Shown in pieces: positions 24,268-35,341 of a stretch of 64,000 nucleotides of DNA. A program made the position numbers and the translations under genes. The notes beneath the pieces are model-generated. The model was not told the origin of the DNA. It worked only from the letters and a program-made list of their open reading frames with translations, and searched no databases. The first letter of the stretch is position 1, and every line of letters begins with the position of its first letter. The DNA is taken from NCBI RefSeq assembly GCF_963921235.1, contig NC_086101.1:11098001-11162000 (forward strand), read 5' to 3'. The DNA is from Mobula hypostoma (Eukaryota).

Positions 24268-26016
24268 GTGGAACTCTTCTTCCGCCGTCTCCATCTCCGA
24301 GCCTACTTCTTCAGCAAGAACTCTTCCACCCCCACCGATGACCCCTTCTCCCGTCTTCAGCCCTCCTCTTCTTCATGGACACCCCGCTCTGGTCTTCTGC
24401 CTGCTCTGGATCTCTTTATCGCTAACTGCCGACGGGACATCAACCGTCTCGACTTCACCGCACCTTGTCCCCATTCCAACCTCACTCCTTCGGAACGCTC
24501 TGCTCTCCACTCCCTCTGCACTAATCCTAACCTTATTATTAAACCCGCCGATAAGGGGGGTGCTGTTGTAGTCTGGCGTACTGACTTCTACCATGCCGAG
24601 GCACAGCGACAACTCGCGGATACCTCCTCTTATTTACCCCTCGATCGTGACCCCACTAAGGAGCACCAGGCCATTGTCTCCCACACCATCACCGACTTTA
24701 TCCGCTCAGGGGACCTCCCATCCACTGCTACCAACCTTATAGTTCCCTCACCTCGCACTTCCCGTTTCTACCTCCTACCCAAGATCCACAAACCTGCCTG
24801 TCCTGGCCGACCTATTGTCTCAGCTTGCTCCTGCCCCACCAAACTCGTTTCTGCATACCTCGACACGGTTTTATCCCCCCTTGTTCAATCCCTTCCTACC
24901 TATGTTCGTGACACTTCTCACGCCGTTAAACTTTTCGATGATTTTAAGTTCCCTGGCCCCCACCGCTTTATTATCACCATGGATGTCCAGTCCCTATATA
25001 CTTCCATCCCCCATCAGGAAGGTCTCAAAGCTCTCCACTTCTTTTTGGATTCCAGACCTAATCAGTTCCCCTCTACCGCCACACTGCTCCGTCTAGCGGA
25101 ATTAGTCCTTACTCTTAATAATTTCTCCTTTGGCTCCTCCCACTTCCTCCAAACTAAAGGTGTAGCTATGGGCACTCGTATGGGTCCTAGCTATGCCTGC
25201 CTTTTTGTTGGCTTTGTGGAACAATCTATGTTCCGTGCCTATTCTGGTATCTGTCCCCCACTTTTCCTTCGCTACATCGACGACTGCATTGGCGCTGCTT
25301 CCTGCACGCATGCAGAGCTCGTTGACTTTATTAACTTTGCCTCCAACTTTCACCCTGCCCTCAAGTTTACCTGGTCCATTTCTGACACCTCCCTCCCCTT
25401 TCTAGATCTTTCTGTCTCTGTGTCTGGAGACAGCTTATCCACTGATGTCTACTATAAGCCTACTGACTCTCACAGCTATCTGGACTATTCCTTTTCTCAC
25501 CCTGTCTCTTGCAAAAACGCCATCCCCTTCTCGCAATTCCTCCGTCTCCACTGCATCTGCTCTCAGGATGAGGGTTTTCATTCTAGGACGAGGGAGATGA
25601 TCTCCTTTTTTAAAGAAAGGGGCTTCCCTTCCTCCACTATCAACTCTGCTCTTAAACGCATCTCCCCCATTTCACATACATCTGCTCTCACTCCATCCTC
25701 CCGCCACCCCACTAGGAATAGGGTACCCCTGGTCCTCACCTACCACCCTACCAGCCTCCGGGTCCAACATATTATTCTCCGTAACTTCCGCCACCTCCAA
25801 CGGGATCCCACCACTAAACCATTCTTTCCCTCCCCCGTCTCTCTGCTTTCCGCAGGGATCGCTCCCCACACGACTCCCTTGTCCATTCGTCCCCCCCATC
25901 CCTCCCCACTGATCTCCCTCCTGGCACTTATCCGTGTAAGCGGAACAAGTGCTACACATGCCCTTACACTTCCTCCCTTACCACCATTCAGGGCCCCAAA
26001 CAGTCCTTCCAGGTGA
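24268..26016 (+). CDS. Penelope reverse transcriptase (frame open from 24100, frameshift near 25820)
   Basis: KPADKGG, FYLLPKIHK, GRPIVS, DVQSLYTSIP, GVAMGTRMGPSYA and RYIDD motifs. Confidence 0.9.
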   Translation: MELFFRRLHLRAYFFSKNSSTPTDDPFSRLQPSSSSWTPRSGLLPALDLFIANCRRDINRLDFTAPCPHSNLTPSERSALHSLCTNPNLIIKPADKGGAVVVWRTDFYHAEAQRQLADTSSYLPLDRDPTKEHQAIVSHTITDFIRSGDLPSTATNLIVPSPRTSRFYLLPKIHKPACPGRPIVSACSCPTKLVSAYLDTVLSPLVQSLPTYVRDTSHAVKLFDDFKFPGPHRFIITMDVQSLYTSIPHQEGLKALHFFLDSRPNQFPSTATLLRLAELVLTLNNFSFGSSHFLQTKGVAMGTRMGPSYACLFVGFVEQSMFRAYSGICPPLFLRYIDDCIGAASCTHAELVDFINFASNFHPALKFTWSISDTSLPFLDLSVSVSGDSLSTDVYYKPTDSHSYLDYSFSHPVSCKNAIPFSQFLRLHCICSQDEGFHSRTREMISFFKERGFPSSTINSALKRISPISHTSALTPSSRHPTRNRVPLVLTYHPTSLRVQHIILRNFRHLQRDPTTKPFFPSPVSLLSAGIAPHTTPLSIRPPHPSPLISLLALIRVSGTSATHALTLPPLPPFRAPNSPSR

Positions 26017-26339
26017 GGCAACACTTCATCTGTGAGTCGGCTGGGGTGATATACTGCGTCCGGTGCTCCCGATGTGGCCTCTTATATATTGGCGAGACCC
26101 GATGCAGACTGGGAGATTGCTTTGCTGAACACCTACGCTCTGTCTGCCAGAGAAAGCAGGATCTCCCAGTAGCCTCACATTTTAATTTCACATCCCATTC
26201 CCATTCTGACATGTCTATCCACGGCCTCCTCTACTGTAAAGATGAAGCCACACTCAGGTTGGAGGAACAACGCCTTATATTCCGTCTGGGTAGCCTCCAA
26301 CCTGATGGCATGAACATCGACTTCTCTAACTTCCGCTAA
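26013..26339 (+). CDS. Penelope GIY-YIG endonuclease domain, out of frame with the RT
   Basis: VIYCVRCSRCGLLYIGET..RLGDCFAEH..PVASHFN..RLEEQRLI. Confidence 0.9.
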   Translation: MRQHFICESAGVIYCVRCSRCGLLYIGETRCRLGDCFAEHLRSVCQRKQDLPVASHFNFTSHSHSDMSIHGLLYCKDEATLRLEEQRLIFRLGSLQPDGMNIDFSNFR

Positions 26340-27789
26340 TGCCCCACCTCCCCCTCGTACCCCATCTGTTACTTATTTTTATACACACATTCTTTCTCTC
26401 ACTCTCCTTTTTCTCCCTCTGTCCCTCTGATCATATCCCTTGCCTATCCTCTGGGTTCCCCCCCACCTTGTCTTTCTTCCCGGGCCTCCTGTCCCATGAT
26501 CCTCTCGTATCCCTTTTGCCAATCACCTGTCCAGCTCCTGGCTCCATCCCTCCCCCTCCTGTCTTCTCCTATCATTTTGGATCTACCCCTCCTCCTCCCA
26601 CTTTCAAATCCCTTACTAACTCTTCCTTCAGTTAGTCCTGACGAAGGGTGTCGGCCCGAAACGTTGACCATACCTCTTCCTAGAGATGCTGCCTGGCCTG
26701 CTGCGTTCACCAGCAACTTTGATGTGTGTTGCTTGAAAGATTGTATCTGCTTTCTCTTCAGCAACCTCTCTCAGTCTGGAACATAGTCCATCTGGTCCAG
26801 GTGACTTATCCACATGAAGATCTTTGAGTTCGCTGAGCACTTTTTCCTTTGTAACAGCAATGGCACTCACTCCTGCTCCCTGACACTTGTGGACCTCTGG
26901 CACACTGTTTTTGTCTTGCACAGTGAAGACTGATGCAAAGAGCTCATTAAGTTCATTCGCCATTTCTTTGTCCCTCATTACCACCTCATCAGCATTATTT
27001 CCCAGTGGTTCAATATCAACTCTCAGCTTCCTTTACCTCTTAATATAACTGAAAAAATCTTTTAGTATCCTGCTTTATGTTATTGGTTAGTTTGCTTTCA
27101 TATTTCATCTTTTCCCTACTTATGGCTTTTTTTAATTGCCTTTTGTTGGATTTTAACTTCCCAGTCATCCAATTTCCCACTCACGTTTGCCCTTTCCTTG
27201 GCTTTTATGCCATCCTTAATTTCCCTCGTCAGCCACAGTTGACTACCCCTGCCATTTCAGAGCTACTTCTGTGGGACGTATCTATCCTGTGCCTTGTGCA
27301 CTACTGCCAGAAACAACAGCCACCTCTGCTCTGCTGTCATCCGTGCCAGTATCCCCCTCCAATCCACCTGAGCAAGCTCCTCTCTCATGCTTCTGTAATT
27401 CCCTTTACTCCATTGCAATACTGACACATCTGATTTGTGCTTCTCCTTCTCAAATTGCAGCATGAATTCAATCGTATTATGATCTCTGCTTCCAAAGGAT
27501 TACTTTACATAATAAAATCTGGATTATTACATAACACCCAATCCAAGATAGCCTTTCAGCTTGTAGACTCAAGCACAAACTGCTCCAAAAAGCCGTCTCA
27601 TAGGCATTCAACAAATTCCCTCTCTTGCAAGCCGTCACCAGCCTGATTTTCCTAATCCCCTTGCATATTGAAGTTCCCCATTACAATTGTGACATTACCC
27701 TTATTATATGTCCTTTCCAGCTCCCTTTGCAATCTCTCTTTGAAGACTGGATGGATCTTGGGGTTTGTTTACTTACAGCAGTGGCTTTC

Positions 27790-28690
27790 AAAATTCAAAA
27801 TAAATTTATTATCGAAGTACATATTTCACCAGATACAACACTGAGATTCATTTTCCAGTGTCCATATTCAATAAAACCAGAGAATAATAATCATATCTGG
27901 TTGAACGCACCGATTGGGCATTGAACCAGTGTGCAAAATACAAAAAACTGTGTAAATACAAAAAGAAAGAAAGGATGTTTGATGGCTCTTGGTCTTTACT
28001 TGCTGGAATGAAGAAGGATGAGTGGGTATTTCATTGAAACCTTTTGAATGTTGAAAGGCCAAGACAGAGTGGATGTGGAAAGGGTGTTTCCCATGGTGGG
28101 GAATTCGAGGACAAGGGGGTTCAGCCTCAGGATAGAGGAGTTCCCATTTAAAACAGAGATGTGGAGAAATTTCTTTAGCCAGAGGGTGATCCATTTGTGG
28201 AATTTATTACCACACCCAGCTGTGGAGTCCAGGTCGTTGGGTGTATTTAAGGCAGAGATTGACAGGTTCTTGATTGGCCATGGGATCAAAGGTTACGGGG
28301 AGAAGGCCGAGGAATGGGGTTGAAGCAGGGAAAAGAGGATCAGCCGTGATTGAATAGTGGAGCAGACTAGATGGGCCAAAATGGCCTAATTCTGCTCCTA
28401 TGGTCTTATGGTCTTATAATAAATAAGCAATAAATATCAAGAACATGAGTTATCTGAGCGATTTTGTGGGGACACAGTTGATTTTTTTTATAACTCCATG
28501 ACAACCATGGTGTCTTCATTCATATCCATAAATAAGTCCTTGAACAGGGCCCAGTCTGCTGACTCGAAGCAATCCTGTAGCCACTCCTCTGTCTCCAGCG
28601 ACCACCTCTTTGTGGTCCTAATTTCTAAAGCCTTACTCTTCCGCCTCTTCTGTGACCTATCTTTCAGACTGTGACAGGCACTAATTGTCT
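27790..28690. mobile_element. Rex1/Babar-like fragments (-) around a CR1 3' fragment (+, about 27975-28420)
   Basis: ORF 28048..28323 is a CR1 C-terminus. The minus strand of 28430-28690 gives remnants like TTKRWSLETEEWLQDCFESADW. Confidence 0.65.
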
Positions 28691-29099
28691 GGAAGGAGGG
28701 AGGAGGGAAACTTTCTGTTCCCCGCGCTGAAACTCATTGGCAGGTCTGTGGGGGCTTCCCGGGTCTGGGTGTTGGGGCAAACTGCACAGCTCATTGGAGA
28801 GATCCCACTCCTCCCTCCGCTTTCACTCTTGTTATTTGTGTTTCCCGGGGCTGTCTTGTTGCACATTTCATATTTCCATCCCTTATTGATTCAGTCGGAG
28901 GTTGGGAGAAGGTCTTGTTGGATGTCTTTTAAAATCTCATACAGGAGATTGATGGTTAGAGATGAACTGGATATTGTGTACTGAGAAGAGGAGGATGGCA
29001 CGGAGCATGGACACCGACAGACTGTTCAGGATGATTGTCTGAATGTCCTGTTTTTCTGACTAAAGTGTGATTTGAATTTTCTGTGCCTCATATTTTATT

Positions 29100-29400
29100 T
29101 GTTACAAGGGGAGGCCATTTGGCTCAGGGAGTCTGTGTGGAATCCAACAGCAGTGACTCTTGTTCTATTTTCCTGTTATTTTCCCCAGAAACTTATTACT
29201 CTTGAGTGCCAAATAAAGTAGGGGAATTTACAGCAGCAGATTAACCTATCAACCAACCCATCTTCGGGATGTGGGAGGACACTGGAGCTCCCAGGGGAAA
29301 CCCATCAGTCTCAGACTGTGCAACTCCCAACAGACAGTCCCAGAGTGAGGTCGGGATGGAACCAGTGTCATTGATTGAAGTGAAGAAGCAGCACCATTAC
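29100..29400 (-). mobile_element. Old HE1/V-SINE-like SINE
   Basis: gggatgtgggaggacactggagctcccaggggaaaccca, the reverse complement of a V-SINE-like core. Confidence 0.55.
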
Positions 29401-30690
29401 TCTTTATAATCTAAAAGCTGCAAGCAATTGTCTCCTAGGACTCACACTCATGTTAGTCACAGTCACTCTGTGGGAAGCATTTCCAGACGTTTTGAGTGGA
29501 CACAAATTGTGACCAGCAGACATTGTTTGTCCGCAGGCAGTTCCACACATGGAGGGGCTTTGGAGAGGTGAATTTTCAGCAGTTTGACAAAACACTGACT
29601 CTCAAATTCTCCATCTTGATCTAGTCATACCCAAGAGTTGGTCTGAAATACGAGGGTGATACTCAGTAACTGTTTCTTCAACCTCAGAGTGTCATAATCG
29701 AGAACCCCACTGGAAACAGTTCTGATCTGTAAATTGCTGATCTTACTATCAAAAAGTCATTGCGTAGAATATTAGGCTTCCCTATTGAGGCTAATTCTAT
29801 GCTTTTTGAAAGGACATGATTCCATATTGTTTCTTTGGAAAATTTGTTTTTTGATGGCCTTAGCAACATGCCTCTGAACTTTAGTGTGTCAGTCACCTCT
29901 AAAAGTTACTGCTTTTCTGCAATGCAGGAGACAGTTCTATCTGGCATTTGGTCATGTTGACCCCTGAAATGGTTGCATGAAGGTTGACATCTAATAATTC
30001 AACAAACTCTAGACTGACCTGAGTTCCACTGCATCAGCTGAAGGTGGTACTTTGATAATTGCATCGACTTTGCTCTGAGGCCTTGAACTCCAGCATCAGT
30101 TTGACAGGCCATGTAATGCTTTAATATTTGTGGAAATTGGCATTTTGCATGCTGACGCTGATTCCATTAAGATTACTGTCTGACCATCACTACTCATGGT
30201 AGCTCCATACTGAAACCAGGATTTCACAAATGAAGCAAAGAACATAATCAGCTGATCCAAAATCTCATCTGCTGCACAGTGCATAAACTCTGATGCTGTT
30301 TAAGCTCCACACGCCCTTTGTGTGTGTTAATTGTGAGACACGTCAGTCACTGGATTCAGGCCCATCTGCTGTTTAGAGATGGATAACTTCATCTTACTGA
30401 ATCCATTTGCCTGTCCAGTTGCAAAAAAATTGAGTTATGTGTACTGTATGAACTTTCATGTAGCAATTTAGTCCCACAGCATCACTGTTTCACCCCGCTT
30501 TGGAATGACGGGAAATGGGAGCAACCCAGTCATAGTTCAAATGGGACAGAATACCATGTCTCTTCAGACAGCCCAGTTCATGCACAACTGCTTCTTTTGT
30601 GATCTGGAGAAGAGTTTGGGTCTTGTGGACAGTGTGAGCAGCTTGTTCTGGAAGATCCACATGGATCTTCACATTGAAATCCTTTAAATT
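29400..30690 (-). mobile_element. Degenerate Gypsy pol relic (copy B), extending into integrase remnants
   Basis: Aligns with 122-905 (ORFs 30096..30284 and 30490..30750 mirror 227..511 and 711..902). 29400-29640 gives integrase-like PLHVW..VHSKRLE. Confidence 0.8.
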
Positions 30691-32475
30691 TGTGTGTGTG
30701 CGTGTGTGTGTGTGTGTGTGTGGGGGGGGGGTGCGCGGGTGGTCAAACAACTTCCTTCCTTTCTAAGCTGACAATCGTTTCTGAGTTTAATGTGAACCCA
30801 GTTTAATATCCTTCCCCACTGGCTTCTGTGTTTTCAAACTCCCAGATTCTAGGCACAGTCCCTCATCATTATCATACAGGTACTCCTCATTCATATCAGT
30901 CATCGGGAACTTAACGCTGGTGTTTCTCTCCCTTTTGACAGTATTAGCTGTTTTTTTTTTACTAATATTTCTGATAACAACCCTATCTGCACCCTGTCAC
31001 AGGAATTATACCTTCTCTCCACTGTACAGGAATTTGCAACTTAAAGCAAACTTGTCTTATTTTTGCCATTCTGATGAAAGGCCCTTGGCCCAAAATATTG
31101 ACTTATTTTCTTTGCAAATGTTGCCTGGCCTGCTGAAGTCTTCAGAAATTTGGTATACAGCACAATATATTTTACTTGCATATAATTTTCCGTTTCTGAA
31201 CAACAGTGTTGTTGAACTGAACAATTTTGCCAAAGTTCTCTTTCATTTCCACAATTTTACCCTTTATTCTTTGCCATGTATTAAAAGCCTAGAGTGCACT
31301 TAACTCTTCTGGAGTTAATCAATACTTGGCTGTTTTTTTAAACTTCTGGGGGATTTTCTCCTTGTGCATGTTTTATGAAAAGCAAGAAATGACACAAAAT
31401 ACATGAAGTTCAGTTTTTGACAGTGGAAGTGTTGATTGTTCTCTGTCACTGTTTACAGCCAGGTTCTTCAGTTGCTCGATCACTTGCTGGCCCTTTGTGA
31501 GAAATGTTGCTGCATATGTTGGTCATGATAAACTTTGTGGCTCATATAGTATTATTGGTTCAGAGTTTAAATGACCAAGTTGTAATCCTGACCTTAAGGC
31601 TTGTTTGTGGAATTTACACGTTTTCTCTGTGACTGTGCAGGATTGCCCTGCATGCTTAGTTTCCTCACAGATCCCATAAACTCTCAGATTGGTAGACTAA
31701 TTGGTTGCTGTAAATACTGTAATGACCAGGGGAACATCTGGGGAATTGATGTGAATGTGAGGAGAATAAAATGAATTAGGGCAGGATTAATGTCAGTGGG
31801 TGTCATAGACATAGTCATAGTCATACTTTATTGATCCCGGGGGAAAATGGTTTTCATTACAGTTGCACCATAAATAATTAAATAGTAATAAAACCATAAA
31901 TAATTAAATAGTAATATGAAAATTATGCCAGGAAATGTCCAGGACCAGCCTATTGGCTCAGGGTGTCTGACCCTCCAAGGGAGGAGTTGTAAAGTTTGAT
32001 GGCCACAGGCAGGAATGACTTCCTATGACACTCTGTGCTGCATCTCGGTGGAATGAGTCTCTGGCTGAATGTACTCCTGTGCCCACCCAGTACATTATGT
32101 AGTGGATGGGAGACATTGTCCAAGATGGCATGCAACTTGGACAGCATCCTCTTTACAGACACCACCGTCAGAGAGTCCAGTTCCATCCCCACAACATCAC
32201 TGGCCTTACAAATGAGTTTGTTGATTCTGTTGATGTCTGCTACCCTCAGCCTGCTGCCCCAGCACACAACAGCAAACATGATCGCACTGGCCACCACTGA
32301 CTCATAGAACATCCTCAGCATCGTCCGGCAGATGTTAAGATGTTTGGTGTTATCACAAATTTTGTGGACCTACTGGCCTGTTTCCATCCTGTTCCGTTTT
32401 GTAAATCTATCAAAGTCCATGAAATGTGCTAGTTATCAAAGGGTCTAGTGCTTTTGTGGCTTAAATGATGAATAA
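29890..32475 (+). repeat. Segmental duplication block B, paralogous to 122-8040
   Basis: Collinear homology with block A, ending at atgatgaataaa near 32465-32477. Confidence 0.85.
31805..32340 (-). mobile_element. Rex1/Babar-type LINE 3' fragment inserted in the block B SINE
   Basis: ORF 31950..32321 (MFYESVVASAIMFAVVCWG..SHPLH..RKSFLPVAIKLYN) and a (catagt)n tail. It is absent from block A. Confidence 0.85.
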
Positions 32476-32964
32476 ATTCTCCACTCATGAGAGATCAGGA
32501 ACCCTATACTTCCTGATAGCACCCCAGCAACATTTCCCAGCTACAATTCCCATTGGACTTGCCAGCAATGGTCAGAGTGTTGTTGAATCTTCGGGAACAA
32601 CTGGTTTAAACATGTACAGGCACAATATTTTTACTAATATGATACTGTGATGATTGTACCTTTATATTACTGAACATTATACTGTTCCGGAGTATGTAAA
32701 TACATTTTACTAATCTAATTATCAAAATCTTGACAATAATTTCCCTATTTTCATACAAGTTTGTTGGTTAGAAATGTTCCCTACATTTCTAAAGTGAGGT
32801 GGGGGCTCAGTGCTGAACCTGGTGCTCCTTTGCCAAGGAACTTGTCCCCACCTTGTGTGGAAAGGCCAAGGACAGTTTTTCTCAGGTTATTGGGTTGGTG
32901 AACATTGGTGCTGAGGACAGTGAGGGAGGGGATGCTCACAGCTTCCGTCAAATGACAGGAATAA

Positions 32965-32966
<2 letters not shown>

Positions 32967-33004
<38 letters not shown>
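32967..33004. repeat. (TC)19 microsatellite upstream of the candidate leader exon
   Basis: Visible TC run. Confidence 0.95.
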
Positions 33005-33006
<2 letters not shown>

Positions 33007-33080
33007 CCACTACCCCACTCCCCCTCCCTACAACCCCTCTCTCTCTCCCAGCTTGTCAGCCTCTCGACTCTTCTGCTGAG

Positions 33081-33138
33081 ATGAGAGTGATTCACTGCAC
33101 TCTGCTGTTACTGAATGAGATTCTCATCTCACTCCAAG
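33081..33138 (+). CDS. Candidate signal-peptide exon of the butyrophilin-like gene (MRVIHCTLLLLNEILISLQ-G)
   Basis: ATG, 19 codons plus 1 nt, then donor CAAG/GTAATT. Its phase 1 joins in frame to the IgV exon. A polypyrimidine tract and AG at 33050-33051 suggest the exon starts at 33052. The core is hydrophobic but contains N-E. Confidence 0.6.
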
Positions 33139-34399
33139 GTAATTACCACAAAATCTTGTTTAATTATGTTTCTTTATCTCACAGAGTAGACACATGGAAT
33201 CAGAAGATGAAGTGTTTTATATTTAGTAACTTATGAAATTGTTCACACTACCTAATTGCAATGAATGAATGTCCCATTCCTATCCTTGAAAGTGAGATTA
33301 TAGATGTCTATAATTACAAAACCATTTTCAAGTGCCTTTTATTTGGTTAAAAGCTATAAATTGCTGACTTTTATATGTATTAATTTGTGAGATAGATGAA
33401 ATGTATGAGAGTATTGAGTTTAGTTTTTGGTGTGTATCTAATCAAACCCCCACAATGACTTCTGCTAGAACTCCCATGAATCACAGGAAAACCAGTAAAC
33501 ATGTAGACGCACGCACGCACGTGCGCGCAGACACAGACAGACAATTCTGCGGATACTGGAAATCCAGAGTAACTCAGCAAATGCTGGAGGAATTCTGACA
33601 GGTCAGGCAGCATCTATGGAGAAGAATTAGAAGTCACTGTTTTGGGCTGAGACCCTTCATCAGGACTCCAGTGGTCCTGGATTCATACGATTTCTTGCTG
33701 GGCTTTTCCATTTTTACTAGCATTGCATTTGTTGGCTCAGACACACCCTGTATAGGAATCCCTTCCCCAGCAGTGTCTGAATGGTGGAACACCCTCCCCA
33801 GCAACACTGGGAGACATTCACCAGAAGTAACGGAGCAGTTCAAGGAAGCAAAACATCAGCTCATCCTCAAGAATAATTGATGTACCAATCTTGTAAGTTG
33901 AGAAAGCAAAGAGTGGTTTGCATCCAGCAATATTTGTGAGGGCAAGTCATCATTAGGCTCTGTGCCAAATTCATGGCATATAAATGATATGATGTCTGTG
34001 AAAGAATGTTAAACAGGCCATGAACAGCAAGTCAGGAACAGCTTGTTCAAATGCCCTTCACTGTGAAATCTGCACATTTTGGGTTCTGTGCACCCGAAAG
34101 TTGACCTTCCATCCAAAAGCTTTTCCTCAGTGCACTCTGCCTTTAGAGAATATTGTAGGTTTTCACGAATAAAAATGGTGAAGACATTTTATGTTTAAGA
34201 GAAGTCATAACAAATCCTTTATTGTACTCCAAACTCTGACCACAATGCATTAAGAAAAGTCATAACAAATCCTTTATTGTACTCCAAACCCTGAACACAA
34301 TGCATGGTTATAAACTTAATATAATTAAGTCAGACCAGCGTTTAATATGAAGCTCCAACTCAATGTCTGTGGTTGTTAATGATATATATTTCCACTAAT

Positions 34400-35200
34400 T
34401 ACATGACCATACAACCCCCCCATACTTCACTAAAACCGGCATTGTGACCCTGTCCGGAGTTTGGACGAGCTGCCCAGCTCAGGTTCTGTGTTCCATGGGA
34501 GGAGGAACAGCAGGTGCCTCGGCTCCTCCAGAGGAGTGTTGACACACTCATGGTCACGTTGTGATGCCAGGTGCCTGGTAGTGGAATCCTCCACATCCTG
34601 GTGGGTCAGTTTAAGGTGATCTACCAATATATGTTCAGGTTTACCCCTCTTATCTGTGATAAAAGTCTTTTCTCCCCATTCCAAAATGTGGAATGGGTCG
34701 TCGTTAAGGGTCTAAGGGGATGTTGGTGTGCATCACGTCGGATGAAAACAAACGAGGTGGAATGTAGGCGGAATGGAAGCCAAGTGTGCTGTGCACCATG
34801 ACGGGAGGTGGGAATAGGTGAAAAGTAATTGAATTTACTGAAGAGGGTGGCACGTATTGAATGGTCGACAAGGCAGTCGTGGTGTCAGGAATGAAATCGC
34901 CTGGGTCTCGTAATGGCTGCCGTTATACCAACAGCCATGGATGACTGCAGGTCCTCTTGGAGCTATTCTGAGCCTCAGGAGGACCCACGCGCGATGATAA
35001 TGCCAAGACCCATAGGTCAGGGAAGCCCTCAGAGCAGCCTTTGAGGAGCGGTGAAACCACTCAGATAGGCCATTGTGGTGTGGGGGTACTCTGTGGTGTG
35101 AGGAAACATCTCTGCTAATTTCCAGAGTGTGTTGGTTACTTGTCATCAGGAACTTGCATCTGCCTAATTCTGCTATATATCTCCAAACAATTGATCACAG
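34400..35200 (-). mobile_element. Gypsy integrase C-terminal relic with polypurine tract
   Basis: Minus-strand remnants HNGLSEWFHRSSKAALRA and HILVDHLKLTH. A G-rich tract followed by TGTA lies near 34413-34421. Confidence 0.7.
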
Positions 35201-35341
35201 AGGAAAATTGTCATGCAGATATTTAGAGCAGCCTTTCTCAAACTTTTTACCTGGAGGAACTGTAGAAATAATTTTTAGGTCTCAGGGAACCCCTGCATAA
35301 AAATTATATCTACAGATCACAGTACGTTAGTGTGATCAGTA

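Larger units (their letters stand above)
23934..26731 (+). mobile_element. Near-complete Penelope-like retroelement
   Basis: RT plus GIY-YIG coding region and a 3' repeat. An 11-bp direct repeat CTTGAAAGATT flanks it (23923-23933 and 26732-26742). Confidence 0.93.
22467..27760 (-). mobile_element. Degenerate CR1 split by the Penelope insertion
   Basis: Minus-strand ORFs 22822..23091, 23085..23492 (QGSVLGP, KFADD), 26628..26984 (DKSPGPDG) and 27263..27463 are collinear around 23934-26731. Confidence 0.85.

Noticed and set aside
33671-33880. ORF MVLDSYDFLLGFSIFTSIAFVGS as an alternative leader or transmembrane exon
   Set aside because: It starts inside a Penelope end fragment and continues in what looks like an old LINE 3' remnant, with no phase-1 donor after the hydrophobic stretch.
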